Positions 19,733 to 28,476 of a stretch of DNA of 42,011 nt are shown here, in pieces. This DNA comes from an uncultured Cytophagia bacterium. GTDB taxonomy: Bacteria > Zhuqueibacterota > Zhuqueibacteria > Residuimicrobiales > Krinioviventaceae. Within the stretch, counting starts at the first letter, position 1. Every line of letters begins with the position of its first letter. Under the pieces are notes generated by a model. The model made no database searches. It was not told the DNA's origin and saw only the letters and a program-made list of their open reading frames with translations. The stretch is taken from assembly GCA_964414825.1 (NCBI GenBank), contig CAYPZM010000001.1, positions 1-42,011 on the forward strand, read 5' to 3'. The position numbers and the translations under genes are program-made.

Positions 19733-20950
19733 ATGTTTCGAGTGCTAACACATATTTTGACCCTATTTGTTCTTTGTCACTCTTTGCTCGCACAATCCAC
19801 CGACACCACAACGGTGGAAAAATTGCAGTTGGTACATGCCGATCGCTTACAAGGCCAAAACATGGGACAGGATAATATTCGACAGCTCATCGGCAATGTC
19901 AAGTTTCGTCAGGGCGATGCGATTTTGACCTGCAATCGCGCTACACAATACGTCGAGGCCGGCCGCACCATTTTGTATGGCGATGTGGCTTATGTGGATA
20001 TGACCAAAGCGTTGTATGGCGATAAAATCACCTATTACGAATCGACCCAAATTGCCTATGTGGAAGGCAACGTCAAACTTGTCGATTCTACCAAAACTTT
20101 GTATGCCGATCGATTGCGTTATTATGACGAGGAAGACAAGGCAGTCGCCGACGGCAATGTGCAGTTGATTGACAGCAAAGAGAACCTGAATTTGACGGGT
20201 GCCTTTGCCGAGTACCTGCAAGAATCCGAATATGCCAAAGTGACGGGGCGCCCGGTCCTCACCAAACACGACACCACGGACAGCAGCGAGCTGATCATTC
20301 GCGGAGCGGTCTTTGAAATGTTTGACGACGGCGATCGCTTCAAGGTGACTGACAGTGTGCACGTCACGCGTGGCGAAATTGAAGCGTTTTGCGACACGTT
20401 GATCTATCTGCAGAAGGCCAGCAAAATCACCCTGGCTAATTTGCCGCAGGTGCACCAGGGCGAGCAGTATCTTACCGGCAATTCAGTGTCGCTCTTGTTG
20501 GAAGAATCGGATGTCGTGGGCATAGAAATTATCGGCAAGGCCATCGCCACCTCGCGAGTGGATTCGACCGTGTACACGCGCGTCCCATACGATCTGCTGA
20601 CCGGTGAAGACATGATGGTTTACGTGACTGACGAGGTCATCGACTCCGTGCGCATTATTGGACGTGCCACGAGTTATTACCATGTCATTGAAGAAGGCAA
20701 AGAAAAGGGTTTGAACAAGGCCCTTGGTGATACGATGTTTATTGTATTTGTGGATCAGGACTTGAGCCGCGTTCGCGTCAAAAGCTCGCCCAGCGCGTCA
20801 ACCGGTGCGTTTTATCCGCCATCGCACAAAGGGATTATTGAAACGGAATTGATTGCAGAATTGCAAAAATTGGGAATAACAGTACAAGAACTTTCGAATA
20901 CGGGAGCTATGGATCTGTCGCATGGAAGAGTGGGTAACTCTAAAGAGTGA
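19733..20950 (+). CDS. lptA: LptA/OstA-family periplasmic LPS transport protein (extended, multi-repeat)
   Basis: It has a signal peptide and iterated OstA_N-type motifs (ADRL...GNVKFRQGD, YGDKITYY...GNVKLVD, YADRLRYYD...ADGNVQLID). It lies upstream of lptB. At 405 aa it is about twice the length of E. coli LptA. Confidence 0.75.
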   Translation: MFRVLTHILTLFVLCHSLLAQSTDTTTVEKLQLVHADRLQGQNMGQDNIRQLIGNVKFRQGDAILTCNRATQYVEAGRTILYGDVAYVDMTKALYGDKITYYESTQIAYVEGNVKLVDSTKTLYADRLRYYDEEDKAVADGNVQLIDSKENLNLTGAFAEYLQESEYAKVTGRPVLTKHDTTDSSELIIRGAVFEMFDDGDRFKVTDSVHVTRGEIEAFCDTLIYLQKASKITLANLPQVHQGEQYLTGNSVSLLLEESDVVGIEIIGKAIATSRVDSTVYTRVPYDLLTGEDMMVYVTDEVIDSVRIIGRATSYYHVIEEGKEKGLNKALGDTMFIVFVDQDLSRVRVKSSPSASTGAFYPPSHKGIIETELIAELQKLGITVQELSNTGAMDLSHGRVGNSKE

Positions 20951-21659
20951 ACAACTGGTCAAAGTGTACGGCAAACGTCGGGTGGTCAACAATGTCAGCG
21001 TTGAAATTCGTCAGGGCGAAACCGTAGGACTGTTGGGGCCAAATGGCGCCGGCAAAACCACCACGTTTTATATGATCGTCGGCATGATTCGCCCGAACAG
21101 CGGTCGCATTTTTTTTGGCGATCAAAACGTAACCAAGCTGCCCATGTACCGTCGTGCCCGTAAAGGTGTGGCTTATCTGGCGCAGGAAGCGTCGGTGTTT
21201 CGACAGTTAACGGTTGAGCAGAATCTGCTGGCCATTTTGGAAGCCACGCCGATGTCAAGAAAAGAGCGTTATGACAAAGCCTACTCGCTCATGGATGAGC
21301 TCAACATTACGCGGCTGGCAAAAAATAAAGCGTCCACACTGTCTGGCGGCGAGCGCCGGCGTGTGGAAATCTGTCGCGCTATGGTGACCGATCCAAAATT
21401 TATTCTCTTGGATGAGCCGTTTGCCGGAGTAGATCCGATTGCGGTGGAAGATATTCAAAAAATAGTTGCCGGACTGCAAGACCGTGGCATCGGTGTGCTG
21501 ATCACGGATCATAATGTGCATGAAACCTTATCCATCACCGATCGTGCCTATTTGCTGTTTGAAGGCACCGTGCTCAAATCCGGCACCGCGGAATATTTGG
21601 CCAACGATCCGGAGGCCCGGCGATTGTATTTAGGAGACAATTTTAGACTAGATCGATGA
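20922..21659 (+). CDS. lptB: LPS export ABC transporter ATP-binding protein
   Basis: Motifs are YGKRRVVNNVSVEIRQGETVGLLGPNGAGKTT, LSGGERRRVEI, ILLDEPFAGVDP and ITDHNV. It overlaps lptA by 29 nt. Confidence 0.93.
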   Translation: MEEWVTLKSEQLVKVYGKRRVVNNVSVEIRQGETVGLLGPNGAGKTTTFYMIVGMIRPNSGRIFFGDQNVTKLPMYRRARKGVAYLAQEASVFRQLTVEQNLLAILEATPMSRKERYDKAYSLMDELNITRLAKNKASTLSGGERRRVEICRAMVTDPKFILLDEPFAGVDPIAVEDIQKIVAGLQDRGIGVLITDHNVHETLSITDRAYLLFEGTVLKSGTAEYLANDPEARRLYLGDNFRLDR

Positions 21660-21722
21660 ATAGACCTCTTGGATGAAGGGTGATGTTCGGAGATATTACA
21701 GAGGTTAGGGAGTTATAAAGAA

Positions 21723-23150
21723 ATGGTAAAATTAGGTCAACATCTTAGCTTGCAAATGCGGCAATCACCACAGCAGGTGTTGCTATCGTCTTTACTGCAG
21801 CTTCCGATTATGAGTTTGGAACAGCGTCTATCAACCGAGCTTGAAATGAATCCATTGTTGGAATTGGATCAGGAGCAAGAACTCGAGCAAGAAATGGAAG
21901 AGATGCAGGATCAAAAACTTGAAGAAGAGGAAGTGGACGAAGACGAGGTTGCGGAAAAAGAGCAGGAACAGGAAAAAGATGAAATCGATTGGGATGAAAT
22001 TCTCAACGATGAGGATAATTACGAATTCCGATTGCCGCGCGATAAAAATGAAGAGGAAAATGAGCGCGTCGAAGTGTATCAGGAAAGCTTGACCGATCAT
22101 TTGTTAACCCAGTTGCACACGGCCGGTTTGTCGCCAGCCGAAGTGGTGGTGGGAGAATATATTATTTGGAATATCAATAACGTTGGTTATCTGGTAGCCG
22201 ACGTTGACACCATTGCCGAAAACCTGGAAGAAGACGTCGAAATTGTGGAACGGGTTCTGTGCGTCATTCAGACGTTTGATCCTCCGGGAATTGGCGCGCG
22301 CAATTTGCAAGAATGTTTGCTCATTCAACTGCTGCAACAAAATCCACAACACGAACTGGCCTCTCGTATGATTGCCGAGCATTTTGATGATTTCAAAAAC
22401 AGACGTTTCGAGCGCCTCTCCAAAGATATGATGATCGATCTGGATGCCGTCAAACGCACCATGGATTATATCACCAAACTCAATCCCAAACCTGGCGAAG
22501 GCTACTTGACGTTTGACAATCATTATATTGTGCCTGATATTGAAGTTCGAAAAGAAGATGGCGAGTTTAAAATTTCCATGCATGATTTTAATGTGCCGCA
22601 ACTTCGCATCAACAACCAATACAAAAAACTGATGCTCGATAAAAAGAACTCCAATGACGAGGCGCGCAAATATATCCGTCAAAAATTAGAGCAGGCGCGT
22701 TGGCTCATCAATTCCATTCATCAACGCCGCGCCACTATTTTGCGCACTATGGAAGCGATTATTGAAAAACAATACAACTTTTTCGACAAGGGTCCCGAGC
22801 ATCTCAAGCCCATGATTCTAAAGGATATTGCGGATGACATTGGCATGGATATTTCCACCATCAGCCGCGTGACCAATGGCAAATACGTGCAAACCGAATA
22901 TGGCGTGTTTGAACTGAAATATTTCTTTAGTGAAAAATACACGACCGATGAAGGAGAAGACGTTTCCAACAAAGCCGTAAAAGCCTTGATCAAAGAGATG
23001 ATCGATGCCGAACCGCCGAAAAAGCCGCTGAACGATCAAAAAATTTCCGAGATGCTCAAAGAAAAGGGTTACCCCGTGGCGCGGCGCACCGTGGCCAAAT
23101 ACCGAGAGCAAATGTCCATTCCGGTCGCTCGATTACGCCGACAAATTTAA
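21723..23150 (+). CDS. rpoN: RNA polymerase sigma-54 factor
   Basis: Region I is Gln/Leu-rich and region II is acidic. The C-terminus has an HTH and the RpoN box ARRTVAKYR. The canonical position after lptB also supports the call. Confidence 0.95.
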   Translation: MVKLGQHLSLQMRQSPQQVLLSSLLQLPIMSLEQRLSTELEMNPLLELDQEQELEQEMEEMQDQKLEEEEVDEDEVAEKEQEQEKDEIDWDEILNDEDNYEFRLPRDKNEEENERVEVYQESLTDHLLTQLHTAGLSPAEVVVGEYIIWNINNVGYLVADVDTIAENLEEDVEIVERVLCVIQTFDPPGIGARNLQECLLIQLLQQNPQHELASRMIAEHFDDFKNRRFERLSKDMMIDLDAVKRTMDYITKLNPKPGEGYLTFDNHYIVPDIEVRKEDGEFKISMHDFNVPQLRINNQYKKLMLDKKNSNDEARKYIRQKLEQARWLINSIHQRRATILRTMEAIIEKQYNFFDKGPEHLKPMILKDIADDIGMDISTISRVTNGKYVQTEYGVFELKYFFSEKYTTDEGEDVSNKAVKALIKEMIDAEPPKKPLNDQKISEMLKEKGYPVARRTVAKYREQMSIPVARLRRQI

Positions 23151-23161
23151 AGGATTTGAAC

Positions 23162-23695
23162 ATGCAGCAATTTCACGCCACTACCGTTTTGGGTTTGCGC
23201 CATAAAGGCAAAGTGGTTATGGCTGGGGATGGCCAGGTTACATATGGCGAAACCATCTTGAAATCCGGTGCCCGCAAAGTACGCAAATTGTACAATGGAA
23301 AAGTGCTGGCCGGATTTGCCGGCGCTGCCGCTGACGCATTTACCCTGTTTGAACGCTTTGAAGAAAAATTAGAGTCGTTTAACGGCAACCTTAGTCGTGC
23401 TGCGGTCGAACTGGCCAAGGACTGGCGCATGGACCGCTATTTGCGCCGCCTCGAAGCCGTGCTCGCGGTGTTGGATGACAAGCATATTTTTCTCATCTCC
23501 GGAACCGGCGATGTCATTGAGCCCGACGACAGTGTGATCGCCATTGGCTCTGGTGGCGAATTTGCCCTGGTGGCCGCACGCGCACTGATGAAGCACTCCA
23601 AGCTGGAAGCCGTACAAATTGCCAAAGAAGCCATGTTGTTGGCTGCCCAAGTTTGTATTTATACCAACGATTCCATTGCGGTTGAGGAACTCTAA
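23162..23695 (+). CDS. hslV: ATP-dependent protease subunit HslV (CodW-like N-terminus)
   Basis: The N-terminus reads [30 protein letters not shown] 23162 has an AAAGGA SD. The track ORF starts at TTG 23156. Confidence 0.93.
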   Translation: MQQFHATTVLGLRHKGKVVMAGDGQVTYGETILKSGARKVRKLYNGKVLAGFAGAAADAFTLFERFEEKLESFNGNLSRAAVELAKDWRMDRYLRRLEAVLAVLDDKHIFLISGTGDVIEPDDSVIAIGSGGEFALVAARALMKHSKLEAVQIAKEAMLLAAQVCIYTNDSIAVEEL

Positions 23696-23821
23696 GCGGA
23701 ACGTGACCTTGAATTTCTTCCGAAACTTTTCATTTTAAATTAGCATTCCTTTATTTGTTCATCGGAAGGCATGTTTAGCTTTGCGGAACGTGAACTTTTC
23801 AGGTTACATATAGGAACTTTT

Positions 23822-25180
23822 ATGAATATGACCCCACAAGAAATTGTCAGAGAACTGGATAAATACATCATCGGCCAGGATGCGGCGAAAAAGTCCGTGG
23901 CCATTGCCTTGCGTAATCGCTGGCGCCGTCAGCAGGTGCCGCCCGAACTGCGCGAAGAAATTATGCCGAACAATATTATTTTGATTGGCCCCACGGGCGT
24001 CGGTAAAACCGAAATTGCCCGTCGCCTCGCCAAACTCGATCATTCGCCTTTTGTTAAAGTTGAGGCGTCCAAATTTACCGAAGTCGGTTATGTGGGCCGT
24101 GATGTCGAATCCATTATCCGCGATCTGGTAGACCAGGCCGTGAACATGGTGCGCTCCGAAAACGTGGAGATTGTGCAAGAACGCGCCGCTGAATTGGCCG
24201 AAGAGCAGCTCCTCGATCTGCTGCTGCCGGTGCCCGGTTCGTCAAAAAAGCCGCGCACTGCCGAGGAAAAGGAAAAACAGGCCGAGCGTGAGGAAAAACG
24301 CAAACGCAATCGCGAGAAAATGCGCAAACAACTGCGCGACGGCAAGCTCGATGATCGCATGATTGAGCTCGATGTGCCGGTTGAACCCTCCGCTATGATG
24401 CAGGTGTTTTCGCCCATAGGTCTCGAAGAAATGGGCCTCAATGTGCAGGATATTTTCGGCCCCATGATGCCACAAAAAAGCAAGCGCCGGCGCATGAGCG
24501 TTTCCGAGGCGCTCATCGTGTTGCATCAGGAGGAAACGCAAAAGCTCATTGATATGGATGACGTGGTGAGCGATGCCATCAACCGGGTTGAGGAAAATGG
24601 AATTGTGTTTCTCGATGAAATCGATAAAATTGCTGGCGAAGACACCGGCAACGGTCCCGATGTTTCCCGCGAAGGCGTGCAACGCGATTTGCTGCCGGTG
24701 ATCGAAGGCACCAACGTCATCACCAAATACGGCATGGTGCGCACCGATCATATTCTGTTCATCGCCTCCGGCGCCTTTCATGTGTCCAAGCCATCCGATT
24801 TGATTCCCGAACTGCAAGGTCGCTTTCCTATTCGCGTGGAGCTGCAAAGCCTGTCATCCAACGATTTTGAACGCATTCTCACCGAACCGGAAAACGCGCT
24901 GCTGAAGCAGTATACCGCTCTGATAGAGACCGAGAACGTATCTCTCAAATTCACCGAGGGTGCCGTGAAAGAAGTGGCAAAAATTGCTTCCGAAGTGAAC
25001 CAGCAAAGCGAAAACATCGGCGCCCGCCGCTTGCACACCATTATGAGCAACTTGCTGGAAGACATCTTGTACGAGCTGCCGAAAACAGATATTACAAATA
25101 TCAAAATTTCCCAAAAAACCGTGCGCGAAAAGTTGAGAGAAATTATCCAGGACGAAGACTTGAGCCAATACATTCTGTAA
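23822..25180 (+). CDS. hslU: ATP-dependent protease ATPase subunit HslU
   Basis: The N-terminus reads [17 protein letters not shown], Walker A is [15 protein letters not shown], and Walker B is [13 protein letters not shown] 23822 or 23828 is the likely start. The track ORF starts at 23771. Confidence 0.95.
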   Translation: MNMTPQEIVRELDKYIIGQDAAKKSVAIALRNRWRRQQVPPELREEIMPNNIILIGPTGVGKTEIARRLAKLDHSPFVKVEASKFTEVGYVGRDVESIIRDLVDQAVNMVRSENVEIVQERAAELAEEQLLDLLLPVPGSSKKPRTAEEKEKQAEREEKRKRNREKMRKQLRDGKLDDRMIELDVPVEPSAMMQVFSPIGLEEMGLNVQDIFGPMMPQKSKRRRMSVSEALIVLHQEETQKLIDMDDVVSDAINRVEENGIVFLDEIDKIAGEDTGNGPDVSREGVQRDLLPVIEGTNVITKYGMVRTDHILFIASGAFHVSKPSDLIPELQGRFPIRVELQSLSSNDFERILTEPENALLKQYTALIETENVSLKFTEGAVKEVAKIASEVNQQSENIGARRLHTIMSNLLEDILYELPKTDITNIKISQKTVREKLREIIQDEDLSQYIL

Positions 25181-25191
25181 CGGAGGACGAT

Positions 25192-26106
25192 GTGAAACGA
25201 GATTTTCTGCAGATCACTGATTTTGAACGCCAAGAGCTAATCGAAACGCTGGGCTTGTGCGCCGATTTAAAAGTCAAAACCAAAAATCGCGATCCGCACC
25301 CGCTGCTCAACGGGCAAACCCTGGCTATGCTGTTTCAAAAACCCTCTACGCGTACGCGTATTTCGTTTGAAGTCGGCATGTATCAACTGGGCGGCCATGC
25401 GCTCTATTTGAGCCCCAACGAAGTTGGCGTCGGCAAACGCGAGTCCGTGGCCGATGTGGCGCGCGTTCTGTCTCGTTTTAACGATGGCATTATGGCGCGC
25501 GTGTTTGGTCACGACATTGTGGAAGGCCTGGCTGAATACGCTTCGGTGCCGGTGATCAATGGCCTTTCCGATCTCACACATCCCTGCCAAATTTTGGGCG
25601 ATATTTTTACGGTGTTTGAACACAAGGGCCGTTATGAGGATTTGAAAATCGCTTATATTGGCGATGGCAACAATGTCACCAACTCCTGGATCAATTTGGC
25701 GGCGCGCTTTAACCTCGATTTACGCGTCGGTTGCCCCAAAGGCTATGAGCCGAATATGGATTTGGTGAAAAAAGCGCAAGCTAACGGCAACAGCGAGATC
25801 AACGTTTATAACGACCCGTTTGAAGCGGCAAAGGATGCGGATGTCGTCTACACCGACGTATGGGCGAGTATGGGCCAGGAAGAAGAGGCCGAAGCGCGAA
25901 AAAAGATTTTCAAGCCGTTTCAGGTGAATGAAAAACTGGTCGCCGCTGCGGACAAAGACTGCCTGGTACTACACTGTCTGCCGGCGCATCGGGGTGATGA
26001 GATTACCGATGAGGTCATCGACGGCCCGCATTCCGTCGTGTTCGACGAGGCCGAAAATCGGCTGCACATCCAAAAAGCCATCATGTTTCGCCTGATGGCA
26101 AAGTAA
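25192..26106 (+). CDS. argF: Ornithine carbamoyltransferase
   Basis: Motifs are STRTR, HPCQ, DVWASMG and HCLPAHRG. The start is GTG, 11 nt after the hslU stop. Confidence 0.88.
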   Translation: MKRDFLQITDFERQELIETLGLCADLKVKTKNRDPHPLLNGQTLAMLFQKPSTRTRISFEVGMYQLGGHALYLSPNEVGVGKRESVADVARVLSRFNDGIMARVFGHDIVEGLAEYASVPVINGLSDLTHPCQILGDIFTVFEHKGRYEDLKIAYIGDGNNVTNSWINLAARFNLDLRVGCPKGYEPNMDLVKKAQANGNSEINVYNDPFEAAKDADVVYTDVWASMGQEEEAEARKKIFKPFQVNEKLVAAADKDCLVLHCLPAHRGDEITDEVIDGPHSVVFDEAENRLHIQKAIMFRLMAK

Positions 26107-26145
26107 GCGCGTTTCCGTCTGTTTTTTCCTCGTTTCGCCGTTCTA

Positions 26146-26178
26146 GCGCGGAATGCAGGCCGTGCGCTCTGCGTCCAG
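26146..26178 (-). repeat. Fragment of the hairpin core of the MITE-like repeat family
   Basis: GCGCGGAATGCAGGCCGTGCGCTCTGCGTCCAG resembles the reverse complement of 32131-32169 (GCGGCGGAATGCAGTATAGGACGCTCTGCGTCCGA). Roughly 30 of 38 positions match by eye. Confidence 0.4.
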
Positions 26179-26265
26179 TCTCCTCATGATTCTTTCTTCG
26201 CGCCTCGCCTTTGCGTGAGGCGTTTGTCTTTTAAATCGAATTGAGTCCAACTATCCGGAGTTGCT

Positions 26266-27264
26266 GTGTCCATAGAAATTTTAAAATATACCGAACAATT
26301 CAAATATCCATGGGAAGAATTCGTCTGGTCTGCAAACAATGGCAATATTTTTCACACGCGGCAATTTTTATCTTATCACCCGGCGGACCGTTTTGTCGAT
26401 CACTCGCTGCTGTTTTTCAAAAATGGTCGTATCCTCGCGCTTTTTCCGGCTGTAGATTTTGACGACGACGGCACGCGTCTGCTGCTCTCACACCGCGGCG
26501 CGTCGTACGGCGGATTTGTTATCAAAGACACGCTCGCCATTCGCGAAGCGTTTGATCTTGTCGAAGCACTGATCAAATACGCACAAGCCGAAGGATTTGA
26601 CGCCATTGACATGACGCCGCCGCCGCAAATTTACCTGCGCCGCCCCAGCAATTATATTGATTTTGCTCTGGTGCAAAATGGATTCACCTACCGCAAGCGC
26701 GAAATCTCCAGCGTCATTCCTCTCGATTTTACCTCCGCCGACATTCTCAGCACGTTTAACGAAGGCTCGCGTCGTGCGGTGCGGCGCGGACAAAAACTCG
26801 GCATGGTCGTGCGCGAATCCGATGACCCCAAAGAGTATGAGAAATTTTACGCGATTTTGAAAAAAAACCTGCGCCTGCGCCACGGCGTCAATCCCACGCA
26901 CACGCTGCCCGAGCTGCTCAAAGTGAAAGATTTGTTCCCCGAGCGCGTCAAGCTCTTTGCCGCCTATACGCCGGATAATGATATGGCCGCCGGCGTCGTC
27001 ATGTTCATCTGCAATCCGCGCGTTGTCCTGGCGTTTTACATCAGTCACGATGAAGACTATCAGCAGTACCGCGGCGTTAACTGCTTGTTCCACGACATTG
27101 TCGATTGGGGCATCCGCGAGAAATATAGTTTTCTTGACTTTGGTATTTTTACGGTTAACGAAGACCCCAACTGGGGCCTGGCGCGTTTTAAAGAGAGCTT
27201 TGGCGCGCAAGGGGTTTTTCGGGATAGTTTGAGATTGACTTTAAGTAGCAAGGATACATTTTGA
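26266..27264 (+). CDS. FemAB-like / GNAT-fold acyl- or aminoacyl-transferase (uncharacterised)
   Basis: The call rests on overall resemblance to the Acetyltransf_6/FemAB-type two-GNAT-lobe family. The N-terminus reads W..FV....NGNIFHTRQFL.YH and the C-terminus reads VNCLF...V.W......FLDFG...ED.N.GL..FKESFGA. The start is GTG with a GGAG SD. Confidence 0.45.
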   Translation: MSIEILKYTEQFKYPWEEFVWSANNGNIFHTRQFLSYHPADRFVDHSLLFFKNGRILALFPAVDFDDDGTRLLLSHRGASYGGFVIKDTLAIREAFDLVEALIKYAQAEGFDAIDMTPPPQIYLRRPSNYIDFALVQNGFTYRKREISSVIPLDFTSADILSTFNEGSRRAVRRGQKLGMVVRESDDPKEYEKFYAILKKNLRLRHGVNPTHTLPELLKVKDLFPERVKLFAAYTPDNDMAAGVVMFICNPRVVLAFYISHDEDYQQYRGVNCLFHDIVDWGIREKYSFLDFGIFTVNEDPNWGLARFKESFGAQGVFRDSLRLTLSSKDTF

Positions 27265-27265
27265 A

Positions 27266-27297
27266 CGCCCGGCATATCCATGCCGGCGCATTTTTTT
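27266..27297 (+). terminator. Intrinsic terminator
   Basis: The stem CCGGCAT (27269-27275) pairs with ATGCCGG (27280-27286) around the loop ATCC. It can be extended with a bulge. T7 follows at 27291-27297. Confidence 0.7.
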
Positions 27298-27392
27298 CTA
27301 AAGATATTGAGTTTCTCTATTATTGCTCGACACGCTCGTTGGGTTTTTTTATGCTTGAGGCCTAATCAGCCTAATTCAACTTAAAAATATGT

Positions 27393-27438
27393 TTGACACT
27401 CAATAGTTTATTATTTATGTTCTAGACAGACTAGACAC
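27393..27438 (+). promoter_or_regulatory. Sigma-70-type promoter with operator-like direct repeat for the phd/vapC module
   Basis: TTGACA (27393-27398), a 17-nt spacer and TATGTT (27416-27421) are followed directly by the direct repeat CTAGACA-GA-CTAGACA (27422-27437). A GAGGTGAG SD and ATG 27455 follow. Confidence 0.5.
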
Positions 27439-27454
27439 AAAGCTGAGGTGAGAT

Positions 27455-27709
27455 ATGTCAAACAATACGTGGCAATTACAGGATGCTAAAAATCGGTTTA
27501 GCAAATTAGTGGAAAAAGCGAAAAATAGCGGTCCACAGATAGTAACAAAACACGGTGAAGCGGCTGTTGTCGTATTATCTATTTCCGAGTATAGAAAATT
27601 ACTAAAGCCTGAACAGAATCTTGTTCGATTTTTTCAGGACTCGCCATTGTCCGATGCTGATATTGATTTGGAAAGAAAGAAGGAATTTCCACGCGAGGTT
27701 TCTCTATGA
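27455..27709 (+). CDS. Type II antitoxin, Phd/YefM family
   Basis: The sequence WQLQDAKNRFSKLVEKAKNSGPQIVTKHGEAAVVVLSISEYRKL is typical of Phd-type antitoxins partnered with VapC. Its stop overlaps the toxin ATG (ATGA). Confidence 0.85.
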   Translation: MSNNTWQLQDAKNRFSKLVEKAKNSGPQIVTKHGEAAVVVLSISEYRKLLKPEQNLVRFFQDSPLSDADIDLERKKEFPREVSL

Positions 27710-27984
27710 ACTATCTTTTGGACACATGTGTGGTTTCAGAATTGTTAAAAAAAGAGCCAGATAGAAACGTTCAAAAGTGGATTTCCGAAACGGATGAAAC
27801 GTCACTTTACCTCAGTGTCTTGACATTTGGCGAAATTCATAAAGGCATTGAAAAATTACCGGAGAGTAGAAAAAAAGATCAACTGCGCAAATGGGTTAAC
27901 TTTGATTTACGGGATAGATTCAAGAATAGAATAGACCGAATCTGCTTCCGGATATTTGTAATTCCACGTGTTGCCGACCTGTAA
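27706..27984 (+). pseudogene. vapC: Truncated VapC (PIN-domain) toxin
   Basis: The N-terminal 76 aa fit the PIN/VapC family (MNYLLDTCVVSELLKKEPD...LYLSVLTFGEI..GI..L..S.KK..L..W....L.DRF.NRI). The expected continuation (LPFD... plus the two distal acidic residues) is absent. After about 27933 the frame reads unrelated sequence and stops at 27984. Full-length relatives are about 130-140 aa. Confidence 0.7.
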
Positions 27985-28071
27985 TGGAAACCAGGTTTCT
28001 GTTTGGATTTCTTTGGCGGGCAGTTTTATGGCGGCAAAAATCATCAAAATGATAAAGGCGAGTTTTTGCAT
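27907..28071 (-). pseudogene. N-terminal remnant of a secreted protein, truncated against the vapC remnant
   Basis: MQKLAFIILMIFAAIKLPA is a signal peptide, followed by KEIQTETWFPLQVGNTWNYKYPEADSV. The frame then runs antisense into vapC sequence and stops at 27907. Confidence 0.4.
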
Positions 28072-28476
28072 TGTAGATTCCCTAAAATTATGCAATCGTA
28101 TTTGTAGCACACCTAAAGGTGTACCACAAATGCTTGCAAGAATAGCGCCAATAGTAAAACATTAAAAAACAACGGCATTGTGCGAGCTCGAACATCCTCA
28201 CCGATTTTATTTCATTGTGAATGCATTATTTACCTGTTTTAGCTGATAATTTTAGCGAGTACGGGAATCATCGAGTATGTACCTTTTAGTTCCTACTCAA
28301 GTCGGATGAATATCCGTACCCATTGTCCGTCCGGGGTGCACATCCCGGACGATCTTGTGTTAAATTCTGTCCAATCCGAAAAAACCGTTTTGTTTCATTC
28401 TTTAAATCAATCCTTGCACCCGACCATCTGGATATGTATTTTTGAAAACGTTCCAACACAAACCAAATGCGGAAAG

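Noticed and set aside
28306-28476. N-terminal 57 codons of track ORF 28306-30105.
   Set aside because: It has no signal peptide or homology-like features. A classical signal peptide follows ATG 28477 / GTG 28507, so the upstream part is treated as 5' UTR.
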